Below, piece after piece: positions 48,995 through 59,617 of a DNA stretch of 64,000 nt; position 1 is the first letter of the stretch; each line of letters starts with the position of its first letter. A program made the position numbers and the translations under genes. The notes under the pieces are model-generated. The model was not told the origin of the DNA, ran no database searches, and saw only the letters and a list, made by a program, of their open reading frames with translations. The DNA is taken from assembly GCA_052426225.1 (NCBI GenBank), contig JBNJNM010000012.1, positions 1,364,001-1,428,000 on the forward strand. Direction: 5' to 3'. This DNA is from Zancudomyces culisetae HAW-14-8. Its lineage: Eukaryota > Fungi > Kickxellomycota.

Positions 48995-49477
48995 ACTGGG
49001 TTTTATTTATGTAGCTATTTATTTACTATATATGTTTAAAATCTAGAGTTGGCCAACCTAGGGATATATTTTTATAATTGAAATAAAGTTCCATATTTTT
49101 GGAAAATAGGCAAGAAAGAAGGGGGGAGGGAAAGTAGCAAATGGTTTTATATACATATATATTTATATTTAAAAAGGTTGTTTCGTCAAACAAAACTACT
49201 TGAAGCTGCCAATAGTATTTATCCTTGTATAAGGTTTGATCACTAGCATTAAAAAATAATAACCTATGGAGATATATTCAAGCATTGATATTAAAACTTG
49301 GTAAGGTGGTTGAAGAGATGAGAGATGGGAGATGGGAGAACGCAAAAAATAAAGACAGTTTTGTATTTTCTTGTATTATTATAAATCTGGAAGTGTCAAA
49401 AAAAAAACAAAGAAAAAAGCTAAAAAGTAAAACAAAAAGGGGAGAGTCAAGTAAAACTTTTCAGTACCAAAGCGAGC

Positions 49478-50062
49478 TTATCCAAAAACGCGAACAGGTG
49501 CAAATAGGACATATGCGCAGTTCTTGTTGGAGGGTTTTTCGATGTATTCATACGTCCTGTTAACGTACTCGTGGTTGATGACGTAAATATCATCTTGGAT
49601 GCAAAACTCAAGCAGAATAAATTTATCTTCTACCAACCTAGAAAAGGAATAGCAACTGCCCTTGCTCTGGTAGATAGGATATGTGCAAGACATTGTTCCT
49701 TCTGAACGATTAATAAAAGGAGTTGTGTTTTTCCATAGCACATAGTTTGTTGTGCTTCTTTTTCCATCTGAGCATATCTCTTTTATAGCAAGTACGTTAT
49801 CTGCATTGATGCTGGAATCAGATTCTTCATAAAACCGAGTCCGCTTGTACCCAATTATACCAGTATCGATCAACTCTGGCCTGAGTTCACTGACAGCCCG
49901 TAGTAGCATTTTATGGATTCCATAGGTGTGATAGTCTGGAGTTATTCTATGTTTTGTTGCTAGTTTCAAGATTATGTCGTTAGAGTTAGATGACTGCCCT
50001 TCAGCCATTATTATAGAAAGTAAAAAGAGATAAACCGAATTTATTATTGCTAGCATCTTCAT
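49478..50062 (-). CDS. Small secreted protein of unknown function (194 aa, 5 Cys)
   Basis: ATG in A-rich context, signal peptide MKMLAIINSVYLFLLSIIMAEG, globular composition; no family recognised. Confidence 0.7.
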   Translation of the reverse strand: MKMLAIINSVYLFLLSIIMAEGQSSNSNDIILKLATKHRITPDYHTYGIHKMLLRAVSELRPELIDTGIIGYKRTRFYEESDSSINADNVLAIKEICSDGKRSTTNYVLWKNTTPFINRSEGTMSCTYPIYQSKGSCYSFSRLVEDKFILLEFCIQDDIYVINHEYVNRTYEYIEKPSNKNCAYVLFAPVRVFG

Positions 50063-50984
50063 TTCTTTTCTTTACAAAGCTGCCCTCTCTTTTTTGTTGT
50101 TTTTTCTTTTTTTTGTTTTTGAACTACTAGTATGGTTTGACTTTATAATACTGCTTTTCAAGCTGTTAGGAATGTCTATAATGAATCCGAGATGATATCG
50201 TTATAATAGTTTATTGAGAGAGAGTTGTGTAAATCAATTCAACAGTTTCTGATGATAAAAGCAGATACATATAGCCATTATATTTATTTTTTTAATTTTT
50301 TTTTTCAAGTGGAAAAAAGGGAAGGAGGGAGGGGAGAGAGTCCTTGAGTATGAAGGGAATGAGTTTAGTATACTCCAGCTGTTATGGGCAGGTATAGTAA
50401 TAACCAAGAAAATATTAAAATATTAAAATAATAAAATTAATTATATTCCAGTATCAATACTTGAAAAAAAGTTGAGCTGATAACATCAAGTAATCCAAGA
50501 AAAAGTATATGAAATACACAAAGAATTCAAAAAAGTACCTATGTTATCGTAAAGAGTAACCTGGTTATGCCCAAGTAGGAAGCGTCAAATAACAACAACC
50601 GACAATATTAATGTGTCTTTGTTACACTAGATTCAAGTTTGAGACAAGATTGCACTTGAAAGGGAACAAATAAATAAATAAAAAAGACGAGTTTTTGAGT
50701 AGAAATGAAAAAGTATTGCAAGTTTGTTCCAGAAATATAATTTCAAAGGAGTTAAAGAGCAAGGGGAGGGGAGGGGAGGGGGAAAGGTAGAATGGCCAGA
50801 TATTTTGAAAAGTAAAAAAAAGGGATGTTGATACAATGTTTATGTAGAATAAAGTTGTATCTATTTACCAAATACGTTTTGTTTTGTTTTTTTACAATTT
50901 AGACATAATCTTGGCTCTACTCCACTAATGGTAAAAAGTAGTAAGATGGTACCAATCTTGAATTTAATTTGGATTAATTGGGTT

Positions 50985-51005
50985 GTGTGTGTGTGTGTGT
51001 GTGTG
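50985..51005 (+). repeat. (GT)n microsatellite
   Basis: About 10 GT units. Confidence 0.9.
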
Positions 51006-51376
51006 CACTAATTGGTAATTATGTAGATCTTGAGATACAGAAATAAATATACGTTATAACCATGATTTACGGTTAGGGTAATAGTATAATCGTAATAAAC
51101 GAAAAAGAGATTTTGGGAAAAAGGTGGGATAGGGTATATATATATGATAAAAGTGGCTGATTGAAAAACCAAGAGATGATTTCCAAGGGTGGTCAAGTAT
51201 CCTAGACACTCAATATTTGCAGTAGAATTACAAAAAAAAAAAGAAAGAAAAACTTTTTGATGCCAGAGGGGAAGAGGAGGGAAGAGGAGGGAAATAGTGT
51301 TTGAATAATTAGGTATAAAAAGGGTGGGGGAGGGGAGAGGGTGGCAAGTTAAAGACCTAGAAATTTAGAGACAAGA

Positions 51377-51426
51377 AAGAAAAAGAAAAAGAAAAAGAAA
51401 AAGAAAAAGAAAAAGAAAAAAAAGAA
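51377..51426 (+). repeat. (GAAAAA)n microsatellite
   Basis: Tandem gaaaaa units downstream of the 51484 gene. Confidence 0.9.
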
Positions 51427-51483
51427 AGAGTACAAAAGGGGTAAATATATACAAGGTATTAAAAAGAAAAAGAAAAAAAAAAA

Positions 51484-52098
51484 CTAGTCAAGAAAACCAG
51501 GTTCTAAAATACCCGGGTGGAATAGTTCATTAATGTGACATTCCAAATCAACGGTTTTGAGTACATAGGAGCGGGAAAACGAAGAGTCCGGGTAGCAGTC
51601 GGCGGAAAGAAGATCGAATTCGGGGAATACATTGATGTACCTGAACAGCTGGCCTATCCCAACAGTGCTGATCAAGTCCTTGGCCCGCTGGCTCTTGATA
51701 TAAACAATGCTATTTGCAGTGCACACGACCTTGTCTCTACAAACCAGATTCACGTGTCTATCAAAGACCAAGTTCCCGGCATTATTATCATCATCGTTGT
51801 TATTGTTATTTTCGTTGTTGTTGTTGTCCAGGCTATCAGTTTTGGGATATATTTGTGTGTTCTTGATAATGTTGACAGAAACCGGATTGTTGTAAAATGA
51901 ACTTAGTAAACGCTGGAGATTCCCGTTGGCAGTCAAAAAAATCCGTTGTGAGGGATTGTCGAATTTGGATGGCAGGACACAATGCGTCTTTAGCGGAAGA
52001 AAAATGTCGCCTAGGTGGTGATCGGAATCTAGAGAATTCGGACTAGTTCGAGGACTGGTCGAATCGGGACAAGTTGTCGGAATTTCTTGACTTTGCAT
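51484..52098 (-). CDS. Chorismate-lyase (UbiC/UTRA)-fold-like protein
   Basis: RIFLTANGNLQRLL..V.V....RHVNL....VCTANSIV...GIGQLF...SRSYVL...INELFHP follows the motif order of UbiC-like proteins. Confidence 0.6.
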   Translation of the reverse strand: MQSQEIPTTCPDSTSPRTSPNSLDSDHHLGDIFLPLKTHCVLPSKFDNPSQRIFLTANGNLQRLLSSFYNNPVSVNIIKNTQIYPKTDSLDNNNNENNNNNDDDNNAGNLVFDRHVNLVCRDKVVCTANSIVYIKSQRAKDLISTVGIGQLFRYINVFPEFDLLSADCYPDSSFSRSYVLKTVDLECHINELFHPGILEPGFLD

Positions 52099-52520
52099 TT
52101 TATTCTATTTTATTTTTTCTTTACAATTTCCTTTTAGAATTATTATTACTTTTATTGTTTATTCCTGTTGTGAAAATAGGTAGGAAAAAAGAGTGCGAAA
52201 GAGTAGAGTAGAGTATAGGTATAGGTATAATCATAAAAGCAAGGTATAATATATTGCTTCAAAAGTAACAAGTATTTGAAAATCAAAAAAAAAAAAGAAT
52301 TAAAAAAGGAAAGAAATAAATGGATAAGCAAAATATATACACAGGAAAAAAAAAATAAAGTTTTGAGAGGTTGGAGATTTTTTTTGATTGAATGATTTTT
52401 TTTTCCTTTGATTAGCCAAAACCAAATCAGATTTAGAAGAAAAAAGCAGAGGTAAAAAAAAAAATCATGATTGGGGAAGTTTGATTTGAGGAAAAATTGA
52501 ACAGAAAAAGTAAAAAAGAG

Positions 52521-55451
52521 TTAACTTTGATTTTGTTGTTGTTGTTGCTGTTGTTGTTGCTGTTGTTGAGGAAGGGGTTGGTGTGGGTGTGGGTGTGGGT
52601 GTGGGTGAGAAAGAGGAAGAGGAATAGATGGGTGAGGAGGAGGAATGGGTTGGTAGGGGGGATGAGGGAGAGGATGAGAAAGAGGAATGTTTGTATAGTT
52701 AGGAGTATTAGGGAAATAAGGAGAGTGGGGATGATCATTGATGTTTAGTTGGTGGGAGGGGTAGATGGAGGGGAGGGTGTTTAGAGGAGGAATGGAGGGA
52801 GAGTCTGAAGAGGGAGTGGAGAATTGGGGATAAGGGTAGAGGATGGTAGAGGGATCAGCAGGGTCGGGAGTAGAGGGGTCGGGGTGAGGATAGGCAGAGT
52901 AGGAAGGGTCGGAAAATTGAGGATCTGAGGAAGGATAGGAAGGAATGGGATAGTTGTAGTCGACGAGAAGGACATGAGGGTAGGGAAGATGAGGATGAGC
53001 GTGGGGATGAGGGTGAGGGTGAGGATGAGGATGGGGATGAGGATGAGGATGAGGATGAGGATGAGGATGGGCATGAGGATGGGGGTGAGGAGGAGGAGGT
53101 GGGGGAGGAGCGATGGATTGGTAAGGATTAGGAATGTAGTTATAAACAGTAGGTTTGTTGGAAAGAGAATAAGGGATGGAGGAGGAGACAAGATTGAGAA
53201 CGTTGCGCAGGAAGGGAGAGGAGGAGCCAGGCCAGGTAGGAGGGCAGGAGGAAGGGTCGGAGGAGAGGTGAGGTTTGTTGGAGAAGTCGAGAATGTTGTA
53301 AGAAGGAGAAGAATGGACTTGAGGTTTTGTGGAAAAGAAGCGGCTGGGTTTTACGGGTTTTGCAATTGATTTGGGAACAAATACAGCAGCTTTGGGGTTG
53401 GGAACAAAGGAAGGAGCATTAGAGTTGAGTTTGGAAGAAATGGATACTGAAGAAGAAGAAGAAGGAAGAGGAAGAGGAGAAGAAGGAGCAGGAGGAGGAA
53501 GAGGAGAAGAGGTTGTATTGGCTGTTGTAGATGTAGTTGTTGGAGTTGAAGTTTGAAGAGTAGTATTGGTTGGAGATTGTTGCAATCCGACTAGTTTAGG
53601 CTCAACAATATCTTTGATGTGTTCAGGCATAGGCGTATTGAGCACAAAGCTATTGGAAAAGCGCACCAAGTCTTCCATGTGGCCACGCATGGCCTGGCGT
53701 TTTTGCTGTTTAATGTCTTCACGTGCAATCGAAATCTGTTTTGTCAAATCGCGTTGGACTTTAAGCACACCTTGGGCTTGTAGTTTTTCGATTTCGAGTT
53801 TGTAGCGGCCTGATAAGACACTTTTATCTGGTTGTCTATTCGATGAAGATGTTGTTGGTGTTGTTGGTTTGGAACTAAGAGTTGCAGCTGTAGTTGTAGA
53901 TATGGGATTGACACTTATTCGAGGTTCAATGGTTTTGATATTGAGTTTGGCCAATGCATTGAGTGCCATTTCCGTACTCAGAATCTCATTCTTTTGAGTT
54001 TTATTTGTATTATTATTTGTATTTGTATTTGCAGCCAAATCTACATTATTAGGTTGAGCTTCTTCTCCAGTTTTGACACCAACTTCAGCTTTGCCGCGTA
54101 GATATGGCGGAACATATTTGCCTGCCTTGACCTTTTCCTCTACTCTAAGAACAGCTCCATATCTGTCTTCCTCATCCATATCTTCTTCTTCTTCACCTTC
54201 ACCTTCTTCTCCTCCTATTTCGCCTTCTCCTTCCTCTCTATACGCCGAGTTCCGCTTAGCTGTTGCTTTGTTACCGTTGGATCGTCCACTACCTGTCAAA
54301 TCCATGTTTCGCTCTTCAAGCATGTGCGAGGTCAGTACTGCCGACTTTTGAATCTCGTTGGCTATTCTTATCGCCTCTCGTTCTCTCTCCTTGAACCCTT
54401 GCCGTGTACGGTCCAGCTTTGTTGTGTATATTTCTTCGTCAAAATCCGTCTTTACTCCAAACAACGCCTCGTTTGCCTTGAATTGATCCCAAACTGCTCC
54501 TGATCCTCCTCCTCCTCCCCCTGTTCCTATTCCTGATCCTACCATCCCTCCTCCTCCTCCTGTTCGCTCTTCTACTGTGCGTTCTCGATACTCCTCCTCC
54601 AGACTTTTATTACCAATACCCATTCCACCTCCACTACCACTGCCACTGCCACTGTCTCCACCACCAATCCCGTCCAGTCCTTCGCCTGTGATTTCGGGAT
54701 CCGGCACCCACCGATGTAATTCCCGTTCCTTGAATCCCAAATATCCACTAATTCCACTATCTGTTTCAAACCCGTGCCCCTTCTTTTCATTTGGTGCCCC
54801 CAGCTTCTTTTTCTCTTTGACCTTGTTGCACATCTCAAAATCGACCACTCCCCTGATATCCACACAATCTTCGCCCTTTATAACCATGCATTTGGTTGCC
54901 CGCTTACGTTCTTGCTCATTTTTACCTCCTACTCCTCCTCGCCCAGTACCATTTGCATCCCCTGCATCTATCTCTACTGCATATCCGAGCGAAATATTCA
55001 ATTCCCCTACTGTTAATGCCCCCATCAAGATCCCTTCAATCACCTTTCCATCCACCAGCTTCACTCGTATTTTGCCCCCCATAAATAACCCCAGCACAAA
55101 CAACAACCTCTCCCGCTGCTCCTTTTTCTTCTTTTCTACATTGTCTCTACCTTGCTCGTTGCTCCCGCCGCTGCTTTCTTTGTTGGTCTGTTGTTGCTGC
55201 TGCTGCACCTGTACCTGCACTTGTGACTGTGACTGTGGCTGTGACTGTGCTGTTGATTGTTGAACTGGCGGGCTGTATGCTTTTCTGTCCTTACCAATGT
55301 TGTTACTGTTATTAATGTTAATATTGCTGATGCTACCACTAGAATTAATGTCCGGCCTGTCTTTTCTTCCTACTTTTCTATCGCCTCTTCTTCTGTTAGT
55401 GCCATATCCCCCCATATAATTGCTCATTTTCTCTTGTGTTTTTACATTCAT
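52521..55451 (-). CDS. PBP1: Ataxin-2/Pbp1 poly(A)-binding-protein-binding protein
   Basis: LSm domain (RERLLFVL..VKLVDGKVIEGI), FETDSGIS, ERELHRW, LsmAD WDQFKANEALFGVKTDFDEEIYTTKLD...EERN...DEEDRYGAV, PAM2 KLNSNAPSFVPNPKAAVFVP. Confidence 0.92.
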   Translation of the reverse strand: MNVKTQEKMSNYMGGYGTNRRRGDRKVGRKDRPDINSSGSISNININNSNNIGKDRKAYSPPVQQSTAQSQPQSQSQVQVQVQQQQQQTNKESSGGSNEQGRDNVEKKKKEQRERLLFVLGLFMGGKIRVKLVDGKVIEGILMGALTVGELNISLGYAVEIDAGDANGTGRGGVGGKNEQERKRATKCMVIKGEDCVDIRGVVDFEMCNKVKEKKKLGAPNEKKGHGFETDSGISGYLGFKERELHRWVPDPEITGEGLDGIGGGDSGSGSGSGGGMGIGNKSLEEEYRERTVEERTGGGGGMVGSGIGTGGGGGGSGAVWDQFKANEALFGVKTDFDEEIYTTKLDRTRQGFKEREREAIRIANEIQKSAVLTSHMLEERNMDLTGSGRSNGNKATAKRNSAYREEGEGEIGGEEGEGEEEEDMDEEDRYGAVLRVEEKVKAGKYVPPYLRGKAEVGVKTGEEAQPNNVDLAANTNTNNNTNKTQKNEILSTEMALNALAKLNIKTIEPRISVNPISTTTAATLSSKPTTPTTSSSNRQPDKSVLSGRYKLEIEKLQAQGVLKVQRDLTKQISIAREDIKQQKRQAMRGHMEDLVRFSNSFVLNTPMPEHIKDIVEPKLVGLQQSPTNTTLQTSTPTTTSTTANTTSSPLPPPAPSSPLPLPSSSSSVSISSKLNSNAPSFVPNPKAAVFVPKSIAKPVKPSRFFSTKPQVHSSPSYNILDFSNKPHLSSDPSSCPPTWPGSSSPFLRNVLNLVSSSIPYSLSNKPTVYNYIPNPYQSIAPPPPPPPHPHPHAHPHPHPHPHPHPHPHPHPHPHPHAHPHLPYPHVLLVDYNYPIPSYPSSDPQFSDPSYSAYPHPDPSTPDPADPSTILYPYPQFSTPSSDSPSIPPLNTLPSIYPSHQLNINDHPHSPYFPNTPNYTNIPLSHPLPHPPYQPIPPPHPSIPLPLSHPHPHPHPHQPLPQQQQQQQQQQQQNQS

Positions 55452-56489
55452 TTAAGTTTTGGACTCTCTAATTTTTTTAATTTTTTTTTTATTCCTTTGA
55501 AATACTTTTGTCTCTTATTCTACCATAAAGATGAGTATATGTATATATTTGGTTTTGTCTTTTTCTTTTTCTTTGTTTAGCAATAGGTCCTTTTATTCTC
55601 GTCTTTTTTTTAAATTCATTTATCGACACTTGGATTACTACCGCAATTAGTATTTAGAGTCCGACCTTCTTAAACCTAAGCTTTTCAAAATATATCTAGC
55701 AATTATAATTACCTGTTTATTTATTTGCCGCCTTTTTGTTTATTTTTTTATTTTGAAGTTTATTTCAGTTGGATTAAAATAATAATAAAAATTAGAGTTA
55801 GAAAAAGAAATTGCAAAATTCTATACATTTCCATTTTCTTATTTTTTTTTTCCGCCATTGTATCTGAATGGAAATAAATAAAAAGGACCAAATTCCCACC
55901 ATTCTAATTTAGTTTATGGTTTAAAACTTGAATTGCATACTATTGTAAAATTTTAGTGGTATTAGTTCTATTATATATTATACACTCTACTTTTTCGTAA
56001 TGTTGGGTAGGTAGAACTATTCATATTTATTGCCTGTGGAGGGGGGGGGGGGGGGAAGGAAAGTGGAAAGATGAAGATGTCCATGAGGACTATAATATAG
56101 TCTACTCATAATGGCCTAACACCCACAACTCATTGATGTAAATATCCACTATTGAATTTGTCCACGCATTATAAACGTATTAACCATGAATAATAAACCA
56201 TAATAATGATGACGATGATGACGATGGTGACGATGATGTTGTTGTTATTAACGTATACTTTTTTTGCTGCACTTTTCAAATTCGGGTCGAATACGGATCC
56301 GATTAATTAGTACTTTTACCCATCTAAAGCAATGAGCAGGAAGAAAGAAAAAAAGTATAGTCAATCAGTTCCTTTGTAGAAAAATACACACCATATATTC
56401 AAAATGGTAATATTTTAAGCAACCCAAGCTCAGCCCTGTAGCAAAATCTGATGTGTGAAGGCTGGTGAGGAGGTAGGAGGAGATGGGAT

Positions 56490-56552
56490 GTAGGATGTAG
56501 GAGGTAGGATGTAGGAGGTAGGATGTAGGAGGTAGGATGTAGGAAGTAGGAG
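56490..56552 (+). repeat. Heptamer array GTAGGA(T/G), 14-bp higher-order unit
   Basis: 9 tandem units alternating GTAGGAT/GTAGGAG. Confidence 0.9.
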
Positions 56553-56953
56553 GCGAGTCAAAGAATTTTATTTGTCTACTTTTATTTTCACTTTACCATT
56601 TCTAGGGCATTTCGATCAATAATAATTTCAGACCAATTTACGCAGCAATTCAAGAACAAAAAACAAATAATACACCAACAAAGCCAACTTTGCATTTGAA
56701 ATTCCAGGCCTTTTGATTGTGTAAAAATCTAGTCAATTATCCAATTTTGTATTTTATTTTGAATTTTTTTTATTATATCTTTCCCAAATCAAAAATATAT
56801 TCGTATACTATATTTACTTATTCATACAAGGCCCAATTAAGCGAAACAAAATAAACAAAATTAGCAAAATTAAACCTGCAGCACGCTAGAGATTTTGTGC
56901 TGGTATACGAATATTCTATATCTTCTTGTCGAAATACACAGAAAGCAGAATTT

Positions 56954-58851
56954 ATGCCAAGGTACGTTGTATACATTTTCCGTTTTTTCTTTGATACTTT
57001 CATAATACTACCACTCTCCACCACACCCCATAATTCCTCCCCCTCCACTTGTTTGTTTTATCAATTCAATTAACAATTCTCATTTTATAAAAAATAAATA
57101 TTTTTCTTTTCTTTCTAGACGTATTACTAAACGAACTAGTAGTTTGGAAAACACTGCAAGTAAGAAAAAGACCAAACTGAACGATTTGGAGTCGAAAATA
57201 AAGTAACACACACTCTTTTCTTTTCTTTTTTACATTCTTGGAATTCTAGTTTTGTGTATTACCTGAATTTTTGGCCATTATTGCATTTCTTGGATAAATC
57301 TAATAACTATTTATTTTTTTCTAAATTCGCAATTTTGAATTCGTTATAGTACCAGGCGCAGCCAGAAAGCAAATGTAATAACCACCATATTTCTAACAAT
57401 TATATACATAAACCGTGTGCATTCTAGTTTTACCATTTATTCAACTGTACAAGTATTTCTGGGTACTGTATAATAGATAAATACTGTCGATATGATTACT
57501 TTTGAAAAATATAAAGGCGAGTAAACTATTCTATAATTTTTCAGAGTTTTTTCAAGATATGCAATGCATTTCTTACGTCGTTTATAATGTGAAAAAATAG
57601 ATGCAGAGGAAAACTATATTGGACCAGAGGGGCTAGAGTCGCTGATGAACCTGTTAGACTATTCTATGGAGGGCGTAATGCATTGTTTTACTATTACCAA
57701 TCTATGTACATTCTAACCCATCACAAAAAATGCTACTACGAGTATTGTATTAACTAATACGTTTTGTGGTATCATAGATCGAGCCCATTATTTTATCCTA
57801 TATATTCAACTGCGAGACTATGGGTACTTTTATTTTATTTATAATATTATAATATATCTACTTTAAACATTTAAATCAAATTTGTACAAAAAAAAAAGAT
57901 ATTTTAACTTTTAATGGGACTCAATAATGATTATAGGGATCATAACTGCAAAAGAGTGGGAAAGTGTGATTACGAAAAAGTAAACCTAAAAAAAAAAATA
58001 CAAACTGAATATATTTCTTTTTGTTGTAATGCTAAGCCAAATAATGAAAACATCAACAAAAAAAATAGAATAAAAATTAAAATAGGATTTCAGTCAAGGA
58101 GCTCTGTGATAAAGTAGATGCCAAAAAGGCAGATATTTTCAACAAAAGTGTAAACAGTAACGATGAACACTTGAAGTTTTACAAATGGGTATTTAACTTT
58201 GCAAAGGAGAGTGGAAAAAGAGTAATGGATACCCAGGCAAGTTATATTTACTTTAAGTATATATTTACTCTATTATCATAGAAACTACAAAAAAAAACAA
58301 ATAACAAACAACAAACAACAACATCAATGAACCGAATAGGTGGTAATTGGCTTGGTTCCAGTGATATTAGACAACAATGTCCATGTAGATAGGTTTATAG
58401 AGTATTTAAAGGTAAGGAAATGGTTTATCCAACGTAAAATAGCCTTTTTTCTACCATAATATTTTATTCTGGGTCCATAATGTTGGTCATTATTGCCGGT
58501 TTATATATACCTTTTTATGTATAAAAACAATACTAAAGGATTGAGGAGACTAGTTCAAACCACACTAATAATAATAACCATTTGAAAAACAGGAAAAAGA
58601 AAACATCAAGGTGCTGAATCGAGATCAATGGAACTGTTTATACGAACTGTCTACAACGATTGCGACTGACTACTCAAACTACGACCTTGATGGAGCATGT
58701 AAGTGATAGATCAATGCAGCTAGTAAATAATTTTCCAAGGCACATATTTTCTGTGAAAGACTAAGAGTAATGATATATTATTGGGATATGTATAGGGCCA
58801 GTATTATACGATGAATTTGTCGGTTGGGCAAAGCAAAAGGGATATTTCTAA
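56954..58851 (+). CDS. DCN1-like cullin neddylation co-E3 (DCUN1D4/5 type, no UBA); 11 exons, about 234 aa; absent from ORF track
   Basis: Exons 56954-56961, 57119-57202, 57350-57374, 57477-57516, 57601-57674, 57778-57823, 57937-57979, 58086-58236, 58340-58411, 58593-58698, 58796-58851 (705 nt, phases consistent): FEKYKD..YIGPEGL, ETMGIITAKEW, FYKWVFNFAK, VLNRDQWN, YSNYDLDGAWPVLYDEFVGW. The first three exons are less certain. Confidence 0.9.
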
Positions 58852-59110
58852 AATCTAGCATTCCGTTCAGGTCTTGCGTCCCTTTTTATATTAGTCGAAT
58901 TTGTTTTACCAAAGTAAAGTTTGTTTTATAATATATTGTCATTACAGCTTAGTATATACAGTTAAAAAATAAAAACTAATAAGCAACAAAGCAAAGCAAT
59001 AAAGGTATTATACAATCGGGAGTGTTTTTTTGAAGATTTTTCTTTTTATCGGTTGGTGCTTTGTGGCTATAATCAAGATTAAAATATCAACATTTGATGA
59101 ATAGATTGGT

Positions 59111-59541
59111 TTATGTAACCACAATTTCGACTTTGTAAGAATTTTCGTCTAGAACTTCTTCGAGGGCGTGGTCGATCCGGGAAAGTGCGGATGATTCGAC
59201 AAACAGATGGGTTTCGTCAAGATCCTCGATTATAAAATGATCCCGTTCATTCAGTGCCAGGAGAACCTGTTTAGCCGTACTGTCACTAAAACAATGTAAA
59301 TATCAACAAGTGTCAAACAAGTATAGTTTGGAAAAGGGTGATTGGCTAGTTAAAAGGATGACTGTAAATGTAAAAGTTACCATTCGATTAGTGTGCCTAT
59401 TAGAATATTATGCATTAAATATTCGAATTAATACAATAGTTGCAAAACATTTGGTTTGGTTTGGTTTGGTTTTTTGTTTATATAGTTTGGTTTTTTTTAA
59501 TAGTGAAAGGGTAAGGAATTACCTCTGACTGCTTTGACCAT
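59111..59541 (-). CDS. TFB5: TFIIH subunit Tfb5/p8 (69 aa); 3 exons; absent from ORF track
   Basis: Exons 59523-59541, 59381-59396, 59111-59285: [41 protein letters not shown]...LDENSY. Confidence 0.93.
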
Positions 59542-59590
59542 TTTTCGCTAATGTTTTGAATTTACGGTTGATTGTTTAAAATAGTTTCGA

Positions 59591-59617
59591 TTCGAGATTC
59601 GAGATTCGAGATCCGAG
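59591..59617 (+). repeat. (TTCGAGA)n heptamer repeat upstream of TFB5
   Basis: ttcgagattcgagattcgagatccgag. Confidence 0.75.

Noticed and set aside
52433-53369. Overlapping ORFs with (MR)n, (WV)n and (IL)n runs
   Set aside because: Alternative frames of the Pbp1 His-Pro microsatellite
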